Below, one piece after another: positions 1 to 11,529 of a stretch of 28,313 bases of DNA. The stretch is from Chiloscyllium plagiosum (Eukaryota). Under the pieces are notes generated by a model. The model ran no database searches and was not told the DNA's origin. It worked only from the letters and a program-made list of their open reading frames with translations. The translations under genes and the position numbers were made by a program. Position 1 is the stretch's first letter; each line of letters starts with the position of its first letter. The DNA lies in assembly GCF_004010195.1 (NCBI RefSeq), contig NC_057718.1:101792112-101820424 (forward strand). The letters are read 5' to 3'.

Positions 1-179
1 TTTTATTTTGGTAGCTCTGCAATGAAGGAATCTCATGTAAGCCATTCTGGGCTAAGGGTCGGGTTTGGTTCAGATTTGTGGAAAATAGAAAGGACAATAC
101 TGCAAGCTTTTGCTCACTGGTGGATATATCATCTGTGTGTTAGCAAAGGAAGGCAAGAGTCATTACTGGCCTGGCAAGT

Positions 180-2135
180 GGGATAGAATCAATAAAGTAT
201 GGTGCTGGTAAAAGCAGAGCAAGTCAGGCAGTTTCTGAGGAGCAAGAGAGTCAATGTTTTGGACTGAAGCCTTCATCAGGACTGGGGAGGGGGAAGGGAC
301 CGGAGAAATAAATGGGGGAGGATATGGGGCTGGGGAAGGGTTATCAGGATGGAGATAGGTAGGTGGTGATTGTGATTGGTCAGTGTGAAGTGGGGAGTGA
401 ACAGGTGGGAAGGAAGATGCCAGGTAGGTCAGATCAAGAGGGTGATGCTGAGTTGGAGGACTGGATCTGGGATGGGTCGGAGGAGTGGAAACTGGTGGAT
501 TCAATGTTGAGCCATGTGGTTGTAGGCTCACGAGGTGGAAGATGAGGTGTTCCTCCTCCAGTTTGTTGACGGCCTTGTTTAGGTGGTGGAGGAGACTCGG
601 AATGGAAAGGTCAATGGGGAGTGCAACAGGAAGTTGAAATGGATGGCCACAAGAAGGTGGGGTTGGTGGGTGTATAGGGACCAGAAATGTTCCCTAAACT
701 GTTCTGTGAGTTTACACTCAGTCTCTCAGATGTAGAGGAGTCCACATTGAGAGCAACAAATGCAGTAAATGAGGTTTGAAGATATACAAGTAAATCTATG
801 TCGGATTTGTAATGATCCTTTGGGGCCTTGGATGGAAGTGAGGGGGGAGGTGTGGGTAGGTTTTGTATCTCTTACAGCGATAGGGGAAGGTGCCTGGTGT
901 GGTGAAGGATTTGGTAGGGAGTGTGGACCTAAAGAGGGGGTCATGGAAAAAATGGCCCCTATAGAATGTAGATAGAAGGTGGGGAGAAATATGCTTTTGG
1001 AGGTGTGGTCTAACTGTAGGTAGCAAAAATTGGCTGTGGATGATACACCAGACTTGGAGATTAGTGGGACTGAATGTGAGGACCAGAGGGATTCTATTCT
1101 TGGCACCTGTGCGTCTGCGTGTCAAGGGCAATGTGCGGGAAATGGAGGAGATACGATTGAGGGATAAGAGGGGAGGGAAAATTATGATCCTGGAAGTAGG
1201 ATGACATCTGGAATGCCCTGGAGTGGAATCGCTCATCCTGAGAGCAGATATGCAGAGGTGGAGGAATTGGGAGTAGGGGATCATGTTTTTACAGGAAGCG
1301 GGTGGGAGGATGTGTAGTCAAGGTAGTGTGGAAGTCGGTGGGCTTGAAGTAGATGTCAGTGTTAGGTTGGTCGCTGGAGAGGTCCAGGAAGGGAAGGGAG
1401 GTGTTGGAAATGGTTCAGATGAATTTGAGGTGAGGGTGGAAGATGTTGGTGTAGTGGATGTTCAAGCTCCTTGTGGGAACACGAGGCTGCACTGATACCG
1501 TCAGCCATCGTTGTAACTGAGGAAAAGGTGGAGAATGGTGCTCGTGTAGCTGTGGAAGAGGGACTGTTACATGTATTCTACAAAGAGGCAGCCATAGCTG
1601 GGACACATTCAAATACTCATAGCCACCCCTCTGGTTTGTAGGAAGTGGGAGGATTGAAAAAAGTTATTTAGGGGAGGGCAGTGTCAATGGAGGGGACTCG
1701 GTGGGTCAGCAGGAGAGGAAGAAATGGAGGGCTTTGAGGTCTTCCTCATGGGGATGCAGATGTAGAGTGTCTGGATGCCCATGGTAAAGATGAGATTTTG
1801 GGGGCTGGGGGAGGTGGAAGGCGTGGGTGGTGTCTTGAACTTACTTGGGGAGTTCCTGGACTAAGGGGGACAGGACAGAGTAAAGATAAGTGGAATGAGC
1901 TTGGTAGGACAGGAGACATTCGGTCAACCAGGATAGTTAAGTTTGTGAATTTTGGGTAAGAGATAGAAGTGGGTGGTGAGAGGTTGCAGGACTCGGAGGT
2001 TGGAGGTGGAGGATGCGAGGTCACCTGAGGTGATGAGTTTGTTGATGGTGTTGAAGATGATGGTTTTGTGGGGAAAGGTGGGGCTGTGGTCGGGGAGACA
2101 GTAGGAGGTGGTGTCGGCGAGTTGGCATCTGTCCT
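180..2135 (-). mobile_element. Degenerate Penelope-like element (RT remnants, GIY-YIG endonuclease, pseudo-LTR end)
   Basis: Frameshifted peptides FYLLPKIHKLNYPG, IPYSQFLHL, NRIPLVLTFSP and the GIY-YIG/Cys region FTCISSNLIYCICCSQCGLLYI. The 3' end carries a decayed hammerhead motif. Homologous to 25075-27837. Boundaries approximate. Confidence 0.88.
249..283 (-). ncRNA. Decayed minimal hammerhead ribozyme motif in a PLE terminus
   Basis: Minus strand AGTC-CTGATGA-A-GGCTTCAGTCC-AAAA-CATT-GACT. Stem I AGTC/GACT pairs perfectly, but GAAA>AAAA and CGTC>CATT should inactivate it. Confidence 0.65.
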
Positions 2136-2284
2136 CAGTGACGAGAACGAAGGTAGGTCCGATCAAGGACAGTAATGGGAGACTGTGTATTGAGTCGGAA
2201 GAGATAGGAGAGGTCTTGAATGAGTACTTTTCTTCAGTATTTACGAACGAGAGGGACCGTATTGTTGAAGAGGAGAGTGTGAAA
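2136..2284 (+). mobile_element. CR1-clade LINE ORF2 internal fragment, cut by an assembly gap
   Basis: Peptide RTKVGPIKDSNGRLCIESEEIGEVLNEYFSSVFT, typical of the CR1 endonuclease-RT linker. Confidence 0.85.
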
Positions 2285-2463
2285 NNNNNNNNNNNNNNNN
2301 NNNNNNNNNNNNNNNNNNNNNNNNNNNNNNNNNNNNNNNNNNNNNNNNNNNNNNNNNNNNNNNNNNNNNNNNNNNNNNNNNNNNNNNNNNNNNNNNNNNN
2401 NNNNNNNNNNNNNNNNNNNNNNNNNNNNNNNNNNNNNNNNNNNNNNNNNNNNNNNNNNNNNNN
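2285..2463. other. Assembly gap (179 N)
   Basis: Run of n in the sequence. Confidence 1.
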
Positions 2464-2670
2464 CTCTCATGCTGTAATACACTTCTGTCAGGTTCACCTC
2501 TCACTCTTCTCTGCTAAAAAACAAATGCAACGGATCTTCATGGTTTGAGTTCTCTCTTGTTTTGTTACATCTTCCAAAGTGCAGCATCTCACATATTTCA
2601 GAGTTACCGTTTATCAGTCATTGATCTGACCATCTGACAATCCGTTTGTACCCTCTTGTAAACAACACGT

Positions 2671-3600
2671 TCTGTTTGTAATTTTTATTAATGACTTGGA
2701 TGAGGGAGTCGAAGGGTGGGTCAGTAAATTTGCAGATGATACGAAGATTGGTGGAGTTGTGGATAGTGAGGAGGGCTCTTGTTGGCTGCAAAGGGACTTG
2801 GATATGATGCAGAGCTGGGCTGAGGAGTGGTAGATGGAGTTCAACCCTGCCAAGTGTGAGGTTGTGCATTTTGGAAGGACAAATAAGAATGCGGAATACA
2901 GGGTTAACGGTCGGGTTCTTAGTGAGGTGGAGGAACAGAGGGATCTTGGTGTCTATGTTCATAGATCTTTGAAAGTTGCCAATCAGGTGGATTGAGCTTG
3001 TAAGAAGGCCTATAGTGTATTAGCGTTCATTAGCAGAGGGATTGAATTCAAGAGTCGTGAAGTGATGTTGCAACTGTACAGGACTTTGGTTAGGCCACAT
3101 TTGGAGTACTGTGTGCAGTTCTGATCGCCTCACTTTAGGAAAGATGTGGAAGCTTTGGAGAGAGTGCAGAGAAGATTTTCCAGGATGTTGCCTGGAATGG
3201 AGAATAGGTCGTACGAGGATAGGTTGAAAGTGCTAGGCCTATTCTCGTTGGAACGGCGAAGGATGAGGGGTGACTTGATAGAGGTTTATAAGATGATCAG
3301 AGGAATAGATAGAGTAAACAGTCAGAAACGTTTTCCCCGGGTGCAACAGAGTGTTACAAGGGGATATAATTTAAGGTGAAGGGTGGACGGTATAGGTGAG
3401 ATGTCAGGGGTGGGTTCTTTACCCAGAGAGTGGTGGGGGCATGGAATGTGCTGCCTGTGGGAGTGGTAGAGTCAGAATCTTTGGTGACCTTTAGCGGCAA
3501 TTGGATAGGTACACGGATGGGTGCTTAAGCTAGGACAAATGTTCGGCACAACATCGTGGGCCGAAGGGCCTGTTCTGTGCTGTATTGTTCTATGTTCTAT
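2671..3600 (+). mobile_element. CR1-clade LINE 3' part (RT C-terminus, 3' UTR, TTCTATG-type tail), 5'-truncated, HER1-like
   Basis: Reads [28 protein letters not shown], then LERVQRRFSRMLPGM...LGLFSLERRRMRGDLIEVYKMIRG. Ends gggccgaagggcctgttctgtgctgtattgttctatgttctat. Contains in-frame stops. Confidence 0.92.
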
Positions 3601-3639
3601 CTAGACGTAATGAGTGATATCATAACTTCGACAGAACTG

Positions 3640-4029
3640 GTTGTTTTCTTTGGAGCAGAGAGGGAAAACCTGTTAGAGGTGTACAGGATTATGAGGGGCG
3701 CGAACAGGGTGAATTGAAAGCAGGTGTTCCTCTCAGTTGGAGGGTCAATAACAAGAGTATATAATTTTAAAGTGAAATGCAAGATGTTTATGAGGACTCG
3801 GAGGAAAGTTTTTTTTCACCTGTAGTGTGGTGGGAATCTGGAATGCATTGTCTGGGATGGTAGTTAAGATGGGTCACCTCTCAACCTTTAAAAAGCACTT
3901 GGATAAGCAAGTGCAAGGTTACAACATTCATTGTTGGAAGTTTGAACTAATGCAGATTTAGTTTAGCTTTGGCGGTATAGACTTGATGGACCAAAGAGCC
4001 TCTTCTCTATTGTATGATTCTAGATTCTA
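3640..4029 (+). mobile_element. Older CR1 LINE 3' fragment
   Basis: Diverged version of the same end (ttagaggtgtacaggattatgagggg...gtggtgggaatctggaatgcattg...gatggaccaaagagcctcttctctattgtatgattctagattcta). Confidence 0.75.
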
Positions 4030-4847
4030 AATTGGAGTGAGGGGTTGGTGGGAAGAGAGTCACATGTAGGCAGCACAGCAGGTTGGCTGCAGATTTTAAC
4101 GCTCCCATCTAAACCCACCAATGAGACAAGAGTAAAATGCAGCACCGCATCTATCATCTTTAAATGAGCTTTTTGAAACATCGAGTATAAATTAGTTATA
4201 ATAATGTAGCAAGTGTATAATTGATTATTGTTTTGCTCACCATACACACAAAACAAAATACAAGTTTTGCAATCCATTTCATTCAAACCAACATCTTCAG
4301 CTATCCACTCAATATACTGTCAAACCTACAGTGAAAGATATCAGTGTAATCACTTCTCATCATTTCTGGTCTACCAAATTAGGAGAACAGAGCTAAATGT
4401 GTAATGCACCTAAACATTCCGTCACCTGACACCCACCTGTGGGATAAAAATCGAACATGGGAAATAAATGTACCCTAATGGCTGCAATAAGAAAATTTTT
4501 AAGATGGTTTTAAACATGCAATCTTAATATGAAAGCTTTATTTTTGGCCAGTGTTCACACATACTTCAATCACTATTCATGCAGTTTTGCTGAATGCTTC
4601 AGATCTTTTGTTGTGGACAATGTCATACAAATGATACCACGTTAACAGATTTACCATTGATATAGGACTTCCGCCCACTCAAACTGCTGATATTGGATAA
4701 CTCCTATTAGTTGCAAATCAAATGCAAATTAAACTGCTGGATCCAATTAGTAAGGACTTGAAAGACTTCTTTCCTCCTAAAATCGTAAATGACTTTTACA
4801 CTGGCGAAAAAGAAATAAGTAGCAATTCAAAAGAAATAAAAAACTAC

Positions 4848-4898
4848 CTTATACTTCAATTTGCGTTGGTTCACATTATTTTGAAGATTTTCATTTTC
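4848..4898 (-). CDS. KIF16B: KIF16B 51-bp coding exon (phase 0 to 0)
   Basis: Minus strand cccttttcag|GAA AAT GAA AAT CTT CAA AAT AAT GTG AAC CAA CGC AAA TTG AAG TAT AAG|gtagtt. Encodes ENENLQNNVNQRKLKYK, compared with recalled mammalian DNEKLHNGTIQRKLKYE (both 17 aa). Confidence 0.85.
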
Positions 4899-6361
4899 CT
4901 GAAAAGGGTCCAAAGTATTATTTCAATTTTTTTCTTAAATAGCATTTGCTTTTACAAAGCCCATTAAACTGTTAAACAAGAGCAGATCTGTTGAAAAGTT
5001 CTGTCACTATTATTGCTTCAGTTCAATAGCCATCATTATCTATCTAATGATCTGCTGTCTCATTTAAGAATCCAACCCAGGGGCGCAATTCATGAAGCTT
5101 GTTACAAGGACAAAGAGTTCATTATAGACTAACATATGAGTTTTGAGGACACGTCTTCAGCTATGTATCAAATAAAATTCAAACTATTCTTTTGGAATGG
5201 AATTTTATCCTTCCATCAGCACTAACACTAAACACAAGATGTACAAATCTGTTACCAAATGATTACAAATAACAAACTACAATGTCAACAGAGCATTAAT
5301 TTCTCTATATCATATAGCAACCTTACACTAAAGCATGCAGCTCACATAGCTATGAGTAATAAGTCAACATTTTTGATCCATTTATTTAATTTCTAAATAC
5401 AGAAGTGGGCATTAGTTCTCAAACTTGTTTTAAACATTTAGATCAACTCTTGTAGATACTCGAGTAATATGAAAACAAATTAATTGGTAGAGTTCATCAT
5501 AAACAGCTCACAAAACATCATTCATATATTGTTGAATATGGAAATTATATATGAATGTACTTTTGCATGCCTTTGTTCCATCTCTCCAAGTTAAAGTATA
5601 TTTAACTCTAGGTCCTCAACTAATGTTGAAAATAAAATTCTTAAGCTTTTTTTCCTTTAAAAAAATCTTTCTTTTTAAATCTCTCTTTCATTCCCTCCAA
5701 AATACCCAAGTCCAGAAAAGCAGAGAGTAGAGCTCAATTTTCAGGTATCCCAGAACAATATTTGATTTCAAGCAAATTAAAAGTTTCCAATCATCATTCT
5801 TGAAGAAACAAAATACTCAGTGCTGCTAGTTTGTGCCACAAATCTTCCTGTCAAGTTAATAATTCAGTTAACTACTGGAATTTAGGCAGCTTATGACAAA
5901 TGTCACACAAATCGCTTGCTGCAGAGCACTGATGTAGAAATTACATTATAATGGCTTGGCCTTCAATTTTAAAAACAATTTACATTTTTCTGTTCACCTT
6001 GAGTCAAGTATCTAAAACCTCATTTAAATTGTGGCCAACTGCTACAACAGATTTGTATTTCACCGAGAGGGACACAAGAGTAAAGCACTGTCATGATGTA
6101 CACCTTTATGAAGTTGAAGCACTATGGTTCACATACAACATAGCAACAGATTCTAATGGGCTAACCATGCTAGTTTAGGCACTCAGTAACCAGAATATAA
6201 ATAGAATGTAAACACTAAAATCACCATTATTTGTATTATTTAAACACACTGGGAAAATTACAATGGAATTAGACTATATTGATAACATGATTTTACCAAT
6301 GGTGAATGACTGATTTCAAATAATTTAGGTTTCTCGCTTACCATCTTGAAATTATTACACA

Positions 6362-6879
6362 ATGGCGGAAGAAAAAAGTATGCCATGCGCCTGCACCAAC
6401 ATGGCATTCTGAAGAAGGGTCCCTAGATCCGAAACATTAACTCTACTTTCTCTTCACAGATGCTGCCAAACCTGCTGGGTTTCTCCAGCAATCCTGTTTT
6501 TGTTTAAAGTAATTAGCACTGGATTGTTCAACACAGTACTTCCACTGCTGAGCTCTGTATGAAGTCATTTGTCCAATGGAAACTGGAAATAAAAGCAAAG
6601 TGCTGCAAAACCCAGCGGGTCTGATGGCACCTGCGGAGAGAGAAACACAGTTCCTTCCCTATTCTTGAGGAACAGATTTTGTGTAATAAGTTTGACCCAC
6701 ATTGACACAATTCAGACCACAACACAAAAATGCCATGTTCCTAGTTTTGACAGCTCTTGGGACTGTGTGGAAAGCTCTGTTGTCTTCCTATGTCACAGCT
6801 AACTTTGTCAATGTTTGATTCTGACACTAAGTACCTGCATGGGGGAAGAAAAACGTATGCCATGCGCCTACACCAACAT
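6362..6879. repeat. 41-bp imperfect direct repeat pair (6362-6402 and 6839-6879)
   Basis: atggcggaagaaaaaagtatgccatgcgcctgcaccaacat versus atgggggaagaaaaacgtatgccatgcgcctacaccaacat: 3 mismatches. Confidence 0.9.
6403..6505 (+). mobile_element. Short PLE-terminus fragment starting with a hammerhead-like motif
   Basis: CTGAAGA-A-GGGTC-CCTA-GATCC-GAAA-CATT-AACT (6409-6442), followed by cacagatgctgccaaacctgctg, shared with the copies at 7941-8230 and 15075-15170. Confidence 0.7.
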
Positions 6880-6967
6880 TCTTCACATCCATAACCAAAG
6901 GAAATTTTACATAAGCTTACAATGCTTCAAATCAAAATTTCTGTCTCAGAGAAACATGACAGAGCTT

Positions 6968-7092
6968 GAATTAAAGGAGATGGAGACAATGTGAGATGGT
7001 TGAATCAGATAGAAGATTAATCATAAACTTGTTCAATGGCTGAGCAAATTCAAATGGGCCAAATGGCCTATTTCAGGTCCAATTTATATTCT
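6968..7092 (+). mobile_element. Short CR1-type 3' UTR remnant
   Basis: aatggctgagcaaattcaaatgggccaaatggcctatttc resembles the LINE 3' end at 20100-20173. Confidence 0.55.
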
Positions 7093-7940
7093 TCTTGAAG
7101 AGTTGGGGCTTCTGTCACAGAGTAGGAATGATTTCTTCTAATAAAGAAATCCACACCACATTCTGCACAGAATATATTTTCAAAAGAAAAACCACAGGTA
7201 ACTCACATCTGTGGAAGTGAAGTAGCAAACAATCATAGATTACTTGGTTTTGAGCACATGTTGCCAACTGTGTAAGCTATTTGGGTATCTAATGGTATTT
7301 GAGAGCCGGCATTAATTGTGAATTCACTTGCACTCATAGGAGGAGACAAATAGTGGTTGGCAGGTCTTGGGGCACACCTCAGTGAATTAAAGTGCACAAA
7401 GACTAGGTTCCTATTTCATTTTAAGCCATTGGACTGTTCAGGGTTAGAATGCAGGTTTATTATGTAGAGCATCTGGCTCGAAATATGCCTATTTAGTGAT
7501 CATCAGCTTTTATTTTGCATCCTATAATCTAGAAGGAATCTTTTTTTTCTCACCAATTCTCTTCATTAACTTTCTTGCCATTTCTCTTGAAGATGTTCAC
7601 TTCTCACTGAAGGAATACTCCAGAGACCAACTTGCTGTAACTTTCAAAAACCATTTTTTTCCTCACTAGATGACAACTGGCACAGTCCCAGCAGGATTGA
7701 GGACTGAGACATGCGGTAAGTATGCCCCTTCTCAAACTATTGACGACGCAAAGGGCTACGGCTGTTCTCCTAATAATTATACTGCCAAGATCAAAATCCC
7801 AAAAGAAATTTGAAAATTGATCTTGGGAGTTTTTGTGATTCAGATGGATCTGCTATGTGCTGTTAAAACTCACTTAGTCAACGGCAAATTCTTGTTGGAA
7901 CTTTTAGAAATCAAGTGCTGTCTCATCTATCTGCTATAAT

Positions 7941-8230
7941 AAAACAAAGAACTGCAGATGCTGTAGATCTGAAACAAACAAGTTGCTGGAGAAACTAAAC
8001 AGCATCTGTAGAGAGAAAACAGTTAACATTGAGTCCAGTGACCTTCAGAACGCTAGGTCACTGGACTCGAAACATTAACTCTGAAATTCAGCTGGTGTGG
8101 CAGCATCTGTGAAGAGAAAACAGTTAACACTTTGAGTTCAGTGATCCAGTGTTCTGAAATGTTAACTCTGTTTTCTCTCCACAGATGCTGCCAAACCTGC
8201 TGAATTTCACTCGCAATTTCTGTTTTTGTT
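7941..8230. mobile_element. Cluster of PLE-terminus fragments in alternating orientation (two inverted pairs)
   Basis: cagcatctgt..agagaaaacagttaaca occurs twice and its reverse complement (ttaactctg...acagatgctg) follows. Perfect 14-bp inverted repeat at 8031-8044 / 8055-8068. Confidence 0.75.
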
Positions 8231-8531
8231 TAATTTATTTATCTATAACTCCTCAATTTATTTTGCCCTCTCTGATGCTTTTATTCAATATTATGGAAGT
8301 CCACATTCAACATATTAACTCATTGAAATGCCAGGTTACATAAATGGTTTTATAATAGATGAATTAACCTTCAACTACAGAAATTGAGACATGCAAAAAC
8401 ACATTTAAGCTTTATGCTACAAGTATTGCAAATGTAAGCTTGCTGCTATTAAACATCGCAGCATTTTAAAAATGCATATGGTGCACTGCAACAGTTTGTT
8501 CTGAGACTGAAGTTGACAATAGCTTACCCAC

Positions 8532-8643
8532 CTGTTCTGTGGAAAGAGAAGGGTTAATCATATTGTTTATTTCGTGCTCATTTTGTAATTTTGCTTTTTC
8601 TGCTAGTCGTCGCTGAACTTCCTCTTCAATATATGCATTTATC
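8532..8643 (-). CDS. KIF16B: KIF16B internal coding exon (112 bp, phase 2 to 0)
   Basis: Minus strand acctcttcag|G ATA AAT GCA TAT ATT GAA GAG GAA GTT CAG CGA CGA CTA...GAA CAG|gtgggt. Encodes (R)INAYIEEEVQRRLAEKAKLQNEHEINNMINPSLSTEQ; RINAYIEEEVQRRL is a conserved KIF16B motif. The phase-0 donor is the one that keeps frame with the next exon. Confidence 0.9.
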
Positions 8644-8691
8644 CTGAAGAGGTTAAAAACAAAGCGTGAGTATGAAGTGTTTGTAATCTCA

Positions 8692-9150
8692 ACACAAGAA
8701 CACACAAACTCGGAGCAGCAGGAGGCCATTCAGTCCCTTAAGCCTACCAAGCTATTCAAAAGGATCATGACTGATGAACTTGTGCCCTCAACTCCATTGT
8801 TCTGTCTGATCATCCTTAACTCCTTTATAACACAAGCATCCATCTGCCGCAGCCTGAAAAGTACTCAAGCTCGCTGAAGAAGACAGCTACAAAGTCTCAA
8901 CTTCCAAAAAAAAATCCTCCTCATACCTGTCCTAAATTGCAGGTGCCCCCATTTTTGTTTTAAGAAATATGTGTCTTATAGCTCTAATCTCTCCCAACAA
9001 AGGGGAGAGGATCCTTTCAACAACCATACTGTCCAGTCCTCCAAGAATCTTATGACTCAACAAGGTTACCGCTCATTCTTCTAGACACCATTGTATGCAG
9101 GCCCAGCCTGTCCAACGTTCTCTCATTAAGGTAAAACCCCATCCCAGGTG
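8692..9150 (-). mobile_element. Diverged CR1 LINE 3' fragment
   Basis: ggagcagcaggaggccattcagtccctt...gatcatgactgat is the reverse complement of the CR1 3' UTR type seen at 20100-20173. Confidence 0.65.
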
Positions 9151-9491
9151 TCAACTGGAATATGCTAGGACACCATGGGGTACAATTGAAAAGAATATAA
9201 TTCAACTGTACGCATGTACACATGTGCTGTCGAGTAAGGGTGCCTTGATTTAATATGGTTAGGTAGCAAGCAATCGCATGAGATATGTTGAAGGAAGGAA
9301 TGGTATTTATTTCGCTCTGAAAAGTGACAATGCCAGGACCTGTGATACTGTCAATTTTACGTTACTCACACAGGTGTTAAATGGAACATGTATCAGTATT
9401 TTATGGAGGCTTTGCATTTAAACAGAACTGTGCTTGGCATGTGCAGTTCTGGAGATAAACAGGTTGTTTTTTAAGCTCCCAACCAACTGCA

Positions 9492-9544
9492 GGGTTGGGG
9501 GGGGGGGGGGGGGGCTGGGGTTGGGGGGGGGGGGGGGGGGGCTG
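9492..9544 (+). repeat. Duplicated poly-G unit: gggtt(G)18ctg followed by gggtt(G)19ctg
   Basis: G runs at 9497-9514 and 9523-9541, read directly. Confidence 0.95.
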
Positions 9545-10194
9545 AGGTTTTGGACCAAAACGCATGGAGATTGCTTGCAAGTGGCAACATAAAAGTTCTT
9601 TCCAAATGAAAACCCATGCATAAAAATGAAGGAGCTTTTCATGCTTGCTTGCTAAGAAGGTACACCCATGGAAAATTAGATGTTGCTTAGGTCTGAGCCA
9701 CCAGATTAGAGTGTGCTGTTTGTTCCATTAGTATTGCGTAACTAGTTTTTAGGACAGTTCCCTCGATAGCGAAGATGTTGAGGAACCTTGCCAGTATAAC
9801 TATGTGCCATATCCTAGTTTAATGCCTAGCCTACAGCCAAGTGGTTGTATCCTTAGTAGCAGTTTCACACAACAGAGTGGTTTGCTACAAGTCAATCTAG
9901 TTGGAGAGAGGTTGGAGCAGTCTGTATTGATAACATTGGCAGGTTTTCTTTTCTATAAAGCAGACTGATGAAAAAGCTTACTTAAAAAAAACATTCGTTT
10001 CCTGGTCATGCTTATTAATAGCAAGCTTTTAAAATGATAAAAAACTGAAGTGAAAGTCACAAACTACTACAATGGGATTTGACCTCACCTTTGCATACAG
10101 TAGTACATTTCTGTGCAGGTACTGTTCAGGACCTAGTCAAATAATATGCTGTCTCAGAATTATAAGAACATAGTACAATGTAATTTATAGGATA

Positions 10195-10400
10195 CTTGGA
10201 ATGTTCCTGCCTTTGAACCAGGAGCTCCAGGTTTGAGTTCCAATTCAGAACTTGATTGTCAAACAGATTACACTAATGACACAGCCAAATAGGGAGAGTA
10301 TTGACTTGTAAATCCTTCTAAAAATCACTCAAGGATGGTGGGAAATGCGCAGTATCCTGATCAACCATGCTTGCTACGGAGTGGCACTCCTCAAGTGACC
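10195..10400 (+). mobile_element. Possible old tRNA-derived SINE
   Basis: gttcctgcctttgaaccaggagctccaggtttgagttcc looks like a decayed tRNA head with a B box. Boundaries uncertain. Confidence 0.35.
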
Positions 10401-11129
10401 TGCTTCAGAAAAAAACTAACTAAAGCAGACCTAAGCCCATTTATTGTCTGATCTAGGGTAAGTTCAAGTATTATGTGAAGCAAAAGCATTCTTTTAAATC
10501 AAGGTGAAGCTGTATTACTGGAGCAGTATCTCTGTTGAAAAGTATTTAAGTCTTATGTCAATTAGAATACAATTGTTTTTGAGGAATTACACAGTTTAGG
10601 ATTGGAATTTAATTACTCTTTAAACTGTAATTTTGATTCAAGCATCTATCTTTTTTATTGAAAAGTTGATGACCAATGTTTTCACATCTTATGTCATGTT
10701 AATAAGGTATCTTCTGTAAACGGAGAATTGCTAACAAATGGGCTTCGTTCTCATTTAAAAAACATTAGAATAAATGTGGGCTGCAAGAGATTTGGAATTA
10801 AAGTATACAGATTGCGAGTCAGGAACAATGAGGTAATGGACCACACATTGTATGCACATGTACCATTCTAGGGCAGAATCAAAACAATTTACAGCACACA
10901 CAAAGATCAGTCAGCCCTTACACTGGTGGGCTTTTGCTCATGACCCTTCTTTGTCTGTGACAAGCCACACTTGTCAGGCCCTGTTAATGTAAACTAACTG
11001 GGTATTGAATTGTATTCAGGTGGTGGACATTTTCGTTACTCACTCATGGGAATACAAGTGATTTGGTGACGAAAATAAAAACCTCAGTTGTATGTAAGAG
11101 CACTTCTGGACACCAAAAAGAAATTACTC

Positions 11130-11300
11130 GTGGGCCATGGGCACAGCTGGCTGAGCCAGCATTTATTGCCCATTCCTAGTTGCCCTTGAGAAGGTGGTAG
11201 AGAGCTGCCTTCTTGAACTGCTGCAGTCCATGAGCTGTAGGTAGACTACCAATGCTATTAGGGAGACAATTCCAGGATTTTGATCTAGCAACAGCAAATT
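11130..11300. mobile_element. Interspersed repeat (probable LINE 3' end); further copies at about 16020-16160 and 18645-18900
   Basis: Shared core gccagcatttattgccca... in all three copies. ccttcttgaactgctgcagtc is shared with the 18645 copy. Confidence 0.6.
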
Positions 11301-11529
11301 AACTGCGGATTCACTTTCGTTCTCATATATGGGTGCAGACAAACATTTTGTGATCTCTGCCTCTGTACATAACAAGCTCAATGTGTTAAGACAAGGTTCT
11401 CCTTCTATTCTTCACTGCTAATTGGAACATAACATTTAACTTACTTTCAAGCAAATTTTGCCTTATTTATTTGCATTTCTACCTTTAACAGTTACTCATT
11501 TGCACATGAAGTCTTTCATGGGAACAAAC

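Noticed and set aside
4671..4729. Octamer ATGCAAAT and a CCGCCC box near the 51-bp exon
   Set aside because: Isolated short motifs are expected by chance, and no conservation data are available.
9418..9642. ORF with poly-proline tracts
   Set aside because: Just the translation of the poly-G runs on the opposite strand.
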